From positions 320,001 through 384,000 of the forward strand of contig OZ251518.1 in the NCBI GenBank assembly GCA_965242965.1: DNA of 64,000 bases, read 5' to 3'. Source of the stretch: Candidatus Poribacteria bacterium (GTDB taxonomy: Bacteria > Poribacteria > WGA-4E > WGA-3G). Both the position numbers and the translations under genes were made by a program. Of this stretch, positions 49,896 to 58,955 are shown piece by piece; position 1 is the stretch's first letter; each line of letters opens with the position of its first letter. The notes under the pieces were generated by a model. The model searched no databases. It saw nothing but the letters and a program-made list of their open reading frames with translations, and had not been told where the DNA came from.

Positions 49896-51834
49896 GCTTC
49901 TCCTGTGCCAGATTTTTCTGGACTTCCTCTACTAAGGCGTTTAAATGCACGTGCCGGAAGAATTCAGACAGGCGTTGCTGTTTGAGTTCTTTCGGGAACA
50001 AAACGAAATTTGCGCACCGGCTTTCGGCGATGGCAAGCACTTCGCGGTATGCCCGGCTCGTTGCGTATCCGACAGCGAAGACGTATCGTTTGCCATATTT
50101 TTGGAGATAGTCGATCAGGCGCGTCGCGCAAAGTTGTATCTGCGCGCTATTCTGGGGAGCGAGTTGGAAATCGTATCGGACGAGTTGTTCCTCTTCCTCG
50201 AACTCTTCGGGGACGGGGCCGTAGAGTCCGGATAGCGTTACCTTGTGAATTCGCTGATGCTTTTCGGGGAACGCCGTTTGCAGTTTTTTCGCCATTAACT
50301 TATGCGTTCGTGAAAGCGAATACGGCTTCTGTCCGGCGCACGGAATAACTAATAGCATCTCCATCTCCGCGGGTGGTTGATAGTCCGCTGGGACGCTGAA
50401 ATCGTCGGGGGTATAGTCTAGTGAGATAGTCGTTTCCGCGTCTTCACGGATGAGCGTGGTTGAATTCTCCGCGGGACCGTAAGGGAAAAGTTCCAATTGA
50501 TTCGGGTTCCGCGCCGCCTTTTCAGCGGCCATCGGCACCTGCACCAAGGTCCGGGTTAGGCGCGTCGCCAATTCAGAGTCTCTCGTGGAGAGCCATTGGA
50601 CTGCATCTCGGATGCTGCGGCCGCGTTGAAACCTTTCGACGTGTCGCGTTAACCCCTCAATTGCATCGTCAGCCTGAATTGCCTCGCGCATATCTGCGAG
50701 GAGTTGCGTCTCCATCTCAAAATTGTGAAGAGAGAGGAGCGCGTAGTATTCGCTTTTAAACTTGCCGGTTGAGGTGGCTTGGTAACTCTTCTCCTCCATA
50801 AACCCCTGCTGCATTTCGTCAAGCGTGATAGATTGGCAGACGTAACATTCGCACGTGAAAGCGTCCATCTCCATAATCTTCAGTTTCTTGAGCGTTTGGG
50901 GATGCGAATAGGCGAGGCTGCGCGAGGCTTGGACGTAAGACGAACTATCAAAAGTGTCCACCCCCATGTAGGCGAGGATGGGTGTCAGGATGCCGGATAC
51001 TCCGAACGCGTGGATGGGGGTATTATCGCGCCGGGCGGCGGGAATTGCCTCGACAACGCCGTTGAGGAGTTCCATGACTGCGGAATCGTTTTTGCCGCGC
51101 AGCGGGACAAGTGAACCGACTGCCAATCCAAAAGAGGGGAGCAATTCGCCGATTTTCTCAAAGACGTTGTCAACGTAACCTTGAATGTCTTTGCCGGATT
51201 GCCCGTGGCAGCAGACATAGAGATAGGGCATATCGGTTTTGCCGCTCAGCCGTTGCGCGACGCGGTGCGCGTTAGCAAAACTCCGCGCCATTCGTTCTTC
51301 TGCTTCGGCGCGCGCCAAGTTCGGGGGGATAGGATAGTCCAACGTCGCGACGATGTCGCCCTCAAAATCGAGTTGTATTTCGAGGATATCGTCAGCCTCT
51401 GTTTCTTTGTGGATGCCGAATTGGGATAAATCTAACCCCGTGTTGTAAAGCAGTTTGAAGCCGCCCGAATCCAAAAAGAGCACGCCTTGGTAATCGCCGT
51501 TCTGTTCGAGGTAATGCTCCCGCATCGACTTTTTCCGCCAATTCGCGAGATATTTCCCGGTGAAGTTGAAGTCGAGAAAGTGCAGGACCTGGGATAGCGT
51601 TGGGGTATCGCGTTGCATGAAGTTGCGGAGGATGTATTTCCAAACCCCGCCGCCGCGCGCGCTCGTGCCGGTGAGGAAATTGATGACAGGGTAGAGAATC
51701 GGTGTTTCCAATTTTCGGTTTGCCGTGCGAAATTGCAATTCGCCGATGCGTCCGTGTTCCGTGGCGGTGACGGTGCGGAAGATAGTGGGCGTGCTGTCGG
51801 TTTTTGTATCGCGGGCGTTTTCGTGTGTGTGCAT
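49888..51834 (-). CDS. tRNA-guanine transglycosylase-like protein fused to an ArcS/DUF5591-like domain
   Basis: LDSGGF, LDYP, IHAFG, GVDTFDSSSY, CECYVC...H zinc site; C-terminal LVIPC..QKPYS.SRTH...LSGLYGPVPEE. Confidence 0.8.
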   Translation of the reverse strand: MHTHENARDTKTDSTPTIFRTVTATEHGRIGELQFRTANRKLETPILYPVINFLTGTSARGGGVWKYILRNFMQRDTPTLSQVLHFLDFNFTGKYLANWRKKSMREHYLEQNGDYQGVLFLDSGGFKLLYNTGLDLSQFGIHKETEADDILEIQLDFEGDIVATLDYPIPPNLARAEAEERMARSFANAHRVAQRLSGKTDMPYLYVCCHGQSGKDIQGYVDNVFEKIGELLPSFGLAVGSLVPLRGKNDSAVMELLNGVVEAIPAARRDNTPIHAFGVSGILTPILAYMGVDTFDSSSYVQASRSLAYSHPQTLKKLKIMEMDAFTCECYVCQSITLDEMQQGFMEEKSYQATSTGKFKSEYYALLSLHNFEMETQLLADMREAIQADDAIEGLTRHVERFQRGRSIRDAVQWLSTRDSELATRLTRTLVQVPMAAEKAARNPNQLELFPYGPAENSTTLIREDAETTISLDYTPDDFSVPADYQPPAEMEMLLVIPCAGQKPYSLSRTHKLMAKKLQTAFPEKHQRIHKVTLSGLYGPVPEEFEEEEQLVRYDFQLAPQNSAQIQLCATRLIDYLQKYGKRYVFAVGYATSRAYREVLAIAESRCANFVLFPKELKQQRLSEFFRHVHLNALVEEVQKNLAQEKHA

Positions 51835-51909
51835 AAGTTGTTTTTGGTTCCTGTCTGTCGAGGGTTATAGATTATTAATATGATACCACAAACGCGAATT
51901 TCGTGCAAA

Positions 51910-52500
51910 GAAAAAAACGCCTCGCTTTCATCGTAGGCGGCGAAAATCCCCCTTTCACCGTAGGGCGAGGGCCTGTCCCTCGCCATGCCTCGGTCTACCG
52001 AACGTTCGCGGGGGACAGGCCCCCGCGCTACGGAAAAAAACGCCTCCCTGTCACCGTAGGGCGAGGGCCTGTCCCTCGCCATGCCTCGGTCTACCGAACG
52101 ATCGCGGGGGCCTGTCCCCCGCGCTACGGTAAAAAACGGTCCTTGAGGCTCTGTAGGTCAGGATCGCCTGATCCTGACCTGTTTGTGATCAGGCGATCAC
52201 AAACTACAGATGGGGAAACACACATCGGGACGATGAGATCGCGGGGGACAGGCCCCCGCACTACGATAAAAAAACGCCTTCCCTTCACGTAGGGCGAGGG
52301 CCTGTCCCTCGCCATGCCTCGGTCTACCGAACGATCGCGGGGGACAGGCCCCCGCACTACGATAAAAAAACGGGGCTTGAGCCATCGCGGGGGACAGGCC
52401 CCCGCGCTACGGGAACATCGAGACCGGGAGGTCTCGCCTACCGGAAATTGAGCCCCGAGGTCTCGCCTACCGGACACATCGGAATTATGAAAACCCTCAG
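51910..52500. repeat. Mosaic REP-like cluster flanked by 36 bp direct repeats
   Basis: GTAG hairpins; flanks 51874-51909 and 52501-52536 match at 34/36 positions. Confidence 0.85.
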
Positions 52501-52527
52501 ATTAATATGATACCACAAACGCAAATT

Positions 52528-55500
52528 TCATGCAAATTTGATAAACGCCGCGCTGCAAATGACCTTGGGAGGGACACGGACGGACTGAATAGGTGGCACC
52601 TCGTCGCTTGCCAACGCCGACATATTGTAGCGGTGATAGAGGGTTTTCAACGCCGTTAACAACTCTTCGCCCGTGAGTTCGGCGCGATAGAGGCGGCTGA
52701 TTTCGCGTTTGAGACGTTCTGTTAAGCGGCCGCGGAACGCTCGTTCAAGCGTCCCTATCGCGCGCTCTTCCGAGGTGCTGGCCAGCATCCTTAACTCCCG
52801 CAAAATGTATCGTTGCGCGCGGGACAACGTCTGTTTTGGAAAGGCGTTTCGCGTCCGACAGACTTCCGCTGCAGACGCTTTTTGGACTTGGGTGACGCGG
52901 GCGTTGTGATGGGCCGGAAGCGGTTTGCCTTGCAATTCGGCATCGCACTGGAGCAAGCGAAGGATTTCGGCAACATCGGTAGTCCGTTCAACGCCGTTTT
53001 CATCAAGCAGGACAAGCCGTCTTTGCTGTTCCTGTTCCCCGCGACAGCAGACGTAAGTGCCTTCTACTTCGGCGGGGATGCCGGTGCGAATGCCATCTCT
53101 TAACTCGGCGATGCGCTGATATTCCGCTGGGTTTTGCCGTCTCAATTGCCGCAGCAACTCTTCCGCCTCACTTAATCCGAAGCCCGGTTCTTCGGTTTCT
53201 TCTTCCAAGAGGCTGAGTTGTTCGCCGTTCTGTTCATAAATGGCATACATCGCTTTTTCGTTGAGTTGCTCGGTGTTGTCAAGGATTGCCGCGTCTTCAC
53301 CGATGGTATCGTGGATTTCCTGAATGCGGCATTGGAGTTTCTCGCGTAGCCCGAGGTTGCGTTCAATTCCCAATTCCGGCAGGAAATTGAACCCGTGGAT
53401 TTCGTCAAATTGACTGCCAATCCTATCAATGCGGCCGAAGCGTTGGATTAAGCGCACCGGATTCCAGTGTAAATCGTAGTTGATGAGCATGCCGCAATCT
53501 TGCAGGTTCAATCCCTCGGCGAGGACATCTGTGGCGATGAGCGTCTCTATCTCGGTTTCATCCGACTTCAAGCGATGTTGATTGGCGTTCGGTGCGAACC
53601 GCTCGACGACGCGCCGCTTCCTATCGCTGCCGTGGCTATGGATAACCTCCGTATTCGCTGTGTGCAGGTTTCGGTAGAGATAGTTTGCAGTATCAATATA
53701 TTGTGTGAAGATGAGCCGTTTTTTGCCCTGCAGCGATGGCGATGCCAGCAACGCTTTCAACTTCTGAAGTTTCGCATCCTGCGCAGGCGTGATATGCTGA
53801 ACCTTCTCGAAGATCTGGTTTAGAATACCGATGTCGTTCTGAATCGCCGCGCGAAGTTCAGGGACGTTGAAGTCACGGATGTCGTATTGCGCGGAGGCTT
53901 CGCGGCGTGCTTCCAGAAACTGTGCAATGTCCCGTTCTTCCGGGCTGATGTCGGTTTCATCAGAAGTGCTCGCTTCATAGAGGATTTTCTGGGCATCGTC
54001 ACCGGCTGGCACGATCCCATTTTCAAGCGCGCGGAGGAAATCGACGTGGACGTTATAGAACCGGGAGATAGTTGTCTTGAAGGCGTAAACACTGGATTCA
54101 AACCGTTTGAAGAGCAGAATACGCATGAGGCCCCGCAGGTTTCTACCCGCGCTCTGCAAATCCTGATACGGCGGGACATTCTGACTCTCCTCCTTCACAT
54201 AGTGCCAGAGGCCATACCGTGCATAAGTCAACTGCGCAGCGGTATCCGATTTACCGAGGTAATCGCGAATCTGTGCATAGAGCCCCTGATAGGTATCTTC
54301 AATGCTGTATTCAACCGTCTTGAGGGTGCGCTTCGGAAAGAACTGCTTGGTATCGCCGACGCGGACATAGGCGCGGCGTTCGCGGTTCAGGTAATCGGTG
54401 AATTGCGTTGCATCTACGGGTTCATCTGTCTCGGCATCGTAACCGTACCAACGCAAGATGTGGTTTCGCGTTCGGCGGATGAGAATGTGTTGTAAAAGCG
54501 TCGGGAGGCTCCGTTCCCCGTTCTCAATCAAGCGGAAGTATTCGCGAAGATTTGGCGCGTCCACCGGCAACTGCGTTTCGTCGTTGAGATGGAAAAGTTT
54601 GAGTTGGTGGTAGATATCCCACGCGCTTTTATTGCGCGGTGTCGCTGTGAGGAAGCAGCACTTCTTATCGCCTGTTGTGAGGAATTCCTGCAAGACGCGG
54701 TAGCGTTGCGTAGTGGCATTTCGGAAGTTGTGGCTTTCGTCAACGAGGACAAAATCGCAGTGTCGATAGCGAATATCTTCAAAGAGCAATTCCCGCGCGT
54801 TTTCTTCCCCGCTACTTAAAAGCCCGGTGGAGAGGATTTGCGCGCCGAGGCGGTAGAGGACGTTATAGGATTCCCACATGGACATAAGCGCGGGGGGACA
54901 GAGGATGAGCGGACGCGCCTGTTCAACTTGTTCAAAGTGCTTGACAATCGCCGAACCGATGTAACTTTTGCCGAGCCCGACGACATCGGAGATGAAGACA
55001 CCGCCGTATGCGTCAATAATCCGAATGGCTTGGGAAACGGCTACCTGCTGAAAATCCGCGAGTTGCGCTGTCAATTCGTCTGCCGGTGCGATGCGGCTCT
55101 CATCCGTTTCTACCCTATCTTTTACCAATTCGTAGAGCGTCTTCATGTAGATGTCATAAGGACGAACAAGCGCGAGGGCCCAGGAGGTTTGCATCTCGTC
55201 CATCAACGCCTTGTCAAAATCCTCTGCTTCGTCCCATAACGCGTCAAACCAGTCGCGGAGTTGCACCTGATTGGCGTTGCCGTGCACGACGACGTTCAAT
55301 TCGGTGTTGCTGGTTAACCCTGCCAAGGTAAGATTCGATGAGCCGACGATGGAGATGCCGGATTCATATCCCGCGTTTTTGCCATAATCGAAAATATACG
55401 CCTTGGCGTGGAAACGCTCCTTCGTGTAAACCCTGACTTTCAGTTGTCCGCTAGCAATCATCTCCACGAGAGTTTTGATGAGTTGCGCCGAGTCATCTGT

Positions 55501-55839
55501 CTGCGGCATGAATTCCATGCAGGCGCGGAGGTTTTGCGCTGTGTCACCGACGCGTGCCTTGCGTTCAACGCCGCGTGAATAGCGGCGCGCCGACTGAATC
55601 TCGCCTACAGATGCCAATTGTCGATATCCTTCGGCGAGCTGCTCAATCGTCTCGCGTGTACTCGTATTCCCGATGAGGAGACGGAGCTCGGTGACGTTTT
55701 GCAGTGCTTCCGCGATGCCGGTAAAGCCGGTGAGGAAAAAATATCCGACAGCGAAGCGGGCGCGCTCTGTCTCCTCTAACATGAGAGTGACGTTGTCGAT
55801 GAGTTTTTCGGTGCGATTGTCGATAATGTCTTGTGGCAT
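52528..55839 (-). CDS. PLD-like nuclease + SF2 (SNF2-like) helicase
   Basis: FHAKAYIF...GSSNLT...ELN (PLD); DVVGLGKS, VDESH, TATP, EGLNLQ, WNPVRLIQRFGRIDR. Confidence 0.9.
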   Translation of the reverse strand: MPQDIIDNRTEKLIDNVTLMLEETERARFAVGYFFLTGFTGIAEALQNVTELRLLIGNTSTRETIEQLAEGYRQLASVGEIQSARRYSRGVERKARVGDTAQNLRACMEFMPQTDDSAQLIKTLVEMIASGQLKVRVYTKERFHAKAYIFDYGKNAGYESGISIVGSSNLTLAGLTSNTELNVVVHGNANQVQLRDWFDALWDEAEDFDKALMDEMQTSWALALVRPYDIYMKTLYELVKDRVETDESRIAPADELTAQLADFQQVAVSQAIRIIDAYGGVFISDVVGLGKSYIGSAIVKHFEQVEQARPLILCPPALMSMWESYNVLYRLGAQILSTGLLSSGEENARELLFEDIRYRHCDFVLVDESHNFRNATTQRYRVLQEFLTTGDKKCCFLTATPRNKSAWDIYHQLKLFHLNDETQLPVDAPNLREYFRLIENGERSLPTLLQHILIRRTRNHILRWYGYDAETDEPVDATQFTDYLNRERRAYVRVGDTKQFFPKRTLKTVEYSIEDTYQGLYAQIRDYLGKSDTAAQLTYARYGLWHYVKEESQNVPPYQDLQSAGRNLRGLMRILLFKRFESSVYAFKTTISRFYNVHVDFLRALENGIVPAGDDAQKILYEASTSDETDISPEERDIAQFLEARREASAQYDIRDFNVPELRAAIQNDIGILNQIFEKVQHITPAQDAKLQKLKALLASPSLQGKKRLIFTQYIDTANYLYRNLHTANTEVIHSHGSDRKRRVVERFAPNANQHRLKSDETEIETLIATDVLAEGLNLQDCGMLINYDLHWNPVRLIQRFGRIDRIGSQFDEIHGFNFLPELGIERNLGLREKLQCRIQEIHDTIGEDAAILDNTEQLNEKAMYAIYEQNGEQLSLLEEETEEPGFGLSEAEELLRQLRRQNPAEYQRIAELRDGIRTGIPAEVEGTYVCCRGEQEQQRRLVLLDENGVERTTDVAEILRLLQCDAELQGKPLPAHHNARVTQVQKASAAEVCRTRNAFPKQTLSRAQRYILRELRMLASTSEERAIGTLERAFRGRLTERLKREISRLYRAELTGEELLTALKTLYHRYNMSALASDEVPPIQSVRVPPKVICSAAFIKFA

Positions 55840-55849
55840 AGAACCTGCC

Positions 55850-57978
55850 TTATTTCAGGAGCTCTAATAGTGCATTTATACCTTTTACGCCGAGCACAGA
55901 CAAAACTGTTGCAAAAGCGATGCTGACAATTCCGCCAAGGACGATCTTCCAGGGAGTCAGCGCGCCCTTCAATGCCTCAACGGATTTTTCAGTGTTCACC
56001 AACTTTTCGTTCATATTGTCTAGTTGCACATCCCGTTTTGCGTCGCGTTCGGCACTAGCGGCGAGATGAGCTTCTGTCTTGGCTTGGAATTTCCCAATCT
56101 GCCGGAGGGACTCGTCAATGCTGCCTAAGCGTGCATCGCGTGCAGTGTCGCGTTCCGCACTGGCGGCGAGGAGTGCTTCTGTCTTGGCTTGGAATTCGCC
56201 AATCTGCCGGAGGGATTCGTCAATGCTGCCTAAGCGTGCATCGCGTGCAGTGTCGCGTTCCGCACCGGCGTTGAGGAGTGCTTCTGTCTTGGCTTGGAAT
56301 TTCCCAATCTGCCGGAGGGATTCGTCAATGTTGCCTAAGCGTGCATCGCGTGCAGTGTCGCGTTCCGCACCGGCGTTGAGGAGTGCCTCTGTTTTCGCCT
56401 GGAATTTCGCGATGTCATCTAAGCGCGCGTCCCGTTCGGCATCGCGCGCTGCACTGGCATTGAGGAGTGCCTCTGTTTTCGCTTGGAATTCCCCAATCTG
56501 TTGGAATAACTCCCCGAGGTGTTCCAAGCGTGCATCGTGTGCAGCGTCGCGTTCCGCACCGGCGTTGAGGAGTGCCTCTGTTTTCGCTTGGAATTTCGCG
56601 ATGTCGTCTAAGCGTGCATCCCATTCCGCGCCGCGTTCTGCACTAGCGGTGAGGAGTGCCTCTGTCTTCGTTTGGAATTCGCCAATCTGTTGGAACAACC
56701 CCTCAAGGTGTTTCAAACGTGCATCGCGCTCGGTATCGCGTTCGGCACTGGCGGTGAGGAGTGCTTCTGTCTTGGCTTGGAATTCGCCAATCTGCCGGAG
56801 GGACTCGTCAATGCGGACGAAGTGTGCATCGCGTTCGGCATCGCGTTCGGCACTGGCGGCGAGATGGGCCTCTGTCTTGGCTTGGAATTTCGCGATGTCC
56901 TCTAAGCGTGCATCCCATTCCGCGCCGCGTGCTGCACTAGCGTTGAGGAGTGCCTCGGTCTTGGTTTGGAATTCGCCAATCTGTTGGAACAACCCCTCAA
57001 GGTGTTTCAAACGGGCATCGCGCTCGGTATCGCGTTCGGCACTGGCGTGAGGAGTGCTTCTGTCTTTGCTTGGAATTCCCCAATCTGCCGGAGGGACTCG
57101 TCAATGCGACCGAAGTGTGCATCGCGTGCAGCCTCGCGTTCTGCACTCGCGGCGAGATGGGCCTCTGTTTTCGCTTGGAATTTCGCGATGTCATCTAAGC
57201 GTGCATCCCATTCCGCGCCGCGTGCTGCACTAGCGTTGAGGAGTGCCTCTGTCTTGGCTTGGAATTTCGCGATGTCATCTAAGCGTGCATCCCGTGCAGC
57301 GTCGCGTTCGGCACTGGCGTTGAGGAGTGCCTCGGTCCTGGTTTGGAATTCCCCAATCTGTTGGAACAACCCCTCAAGGTGTTCCACTCGGGCATCGCGT
57401 TCGGTGTCGCGCGCTGCACTGGCGGCGAGATGGGCCTCTGTCTTCACTTGGAATTCTCCGATTTGGCGGAGGGACTCGTCAATGCGACCGAAGTGTGCAT
57501 CGCGTTCGGTGTCGCGCGCTGCACTGGCGTTGAGGAGTGCCTCAGTCTTGGTTTGAAATTCGCCAATCTGTTGGAACAACCCCTCAAGGTGTTCCACTCG
57601 GGCATCGCGTTCGGTGTCGCGCGCTGCACTAGCGGTGAGATGAGCCTCTGTCTGCTCTTGAAACGCCGCTATCCGCTTGAACAATTCCTCAAGACTATCT
57701 AACCGCGTATCGCGTTTGGCATCTAATGCCTCAACTGCAGTCAATCGTGCATGCGTTTGGGTCTGGAGTTCTACAACGCGTTGGAGCAATTCCTCAGTGC
57801 CGTCCAGTCGTGCGTCGCGCGCTGCGTCGCGCTCAGCACTGGCAACGAGATACGCATCTCTTTTGACATCCAGTTCAGCACTACGTTCTTGTATCTTCTC
57901 GATCCTCTCCAACCGAGGAATGCTTTCGTGACGTGCCGGCTCCGAAGCATTTTTAGGTTGATTATCGGTAGTTTTCAT
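55850..57978 (-). pseudogene. Frameshifted coiled-coil tandem-repeat protein with C-terminal TM anchor
   Basis: Two ORFs (57007..57978, 55850..57010) with the same 28/35 aa repeats; one base missing near 57046 (GGCGTGAGG versus GGCGGTGAGG in the sister repeat); AGGAG RBS at the 5' end. Confidence 0.75.
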
Positions 57979-58091
57979 CGGTTTCTCCTTGCAAATTTAT
58001 TGTTAAGTATAAGTTTACCATACTTCAATAGGTTTGCGCAAGGATTTTTTTACAATCGATGCACCGCACGCGTGTTTCGCCTGTAATCAAA

Positions 58092-58519
58092 TTAGGGTGT
58101 TTCATAAATCCGTGTAGGAGAAACCTCCAGGTCCTGATATCGGCCGCGCAAGCCAACGCTCGCGGGGGACAGGCCCCCGCGCTACGAAAAAAACTTCTCT
58201 TAGGTCCGTAGGACCTTAATGTCTATAGCACGCGCGTCTGTGAAGAACCCTAAGGTCCTTTAGGTCCTTAATAGATTTTGCCTTACCGCGTGGTTTTGAT
58301 TAAGGACCTAAAGGACCTTGAAAAGGGACCTGCACGTTTTTCTATAGACATATAGGACCTAAAGGACCTAAAACGCGATTCTTGATGATGGAGATCGCGG
58401 GGGACAGGCCCCCGCGCTACGGGAACATCGAGACCAGGAGGTCTCTCCTACCGGGGAGTCGAGACCGGGAGGGCGCGCCTACGGAGAGAAATCGAGACCG
58501 GGAGGTCTCTCCTACCGGC
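58092..58519. repeat. Mosaic REP-like cluster flanked by 37 bp direct repeats
   Basis: End motif TAGGGTGTTTCATAAATC; flanks 58031-58067 and 58520-58556 are identical. Confidence 0.85.
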
Positions 58520-58538
58520 GGTTTGCGCAAGGATTTTT

Positions 58539-58847
58539 TTACAATCGATGCACCGCGACGAACTCCGGCGTGGCTCCCTCTTCCCAAACGGCAGACGTCC
58601 GCCGGTCTTTTTTGCCAACACCGAAAATAACGAATACGTCAGGGGCAACCGAACGCCTGTTTTCGGGGGTGCCGTAATAGATGAGCAAATTTCCGGACAC
58701 ATACACATCGGGCGCGTGCCGGAAGTGGTGCTCCAACGTCTGAATAAGGGACATCATTACTCTTCGGTGTTTATCGGTTTCTGCCATAGGTTTTCCATCT
58801 GATTCGGGTAGGGTGAGTGTCGGCGCAGAGCGTATTTGTTGCAACAT
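58539..58847 (-). pseudogene. Uma2-family endonuclease, 3'-truncated
   Basis: PESDGKPMAETDKH, YVSGNLLIYY, VAPDVFV; ends at PEFV, before the expected catalytic Glu. Confidence 0.75.
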
Positions 58848-58955
58848 CGTTCCATCTCCTTAGGTGAAGAAATGCGCGCATCCCGCGCAGCATCATTACG
58901 ATTCATCAGATAGTATACCACATTTTCCTGAAAAATCAAACCTTTTCTTTCGGTT

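Noticed and set aside
49888-51834. Calling this gene tgt or dpdA
   Set aside because: Motifs and the extra domain fit neither confidently, and no dpdBCD or que genes are visible.
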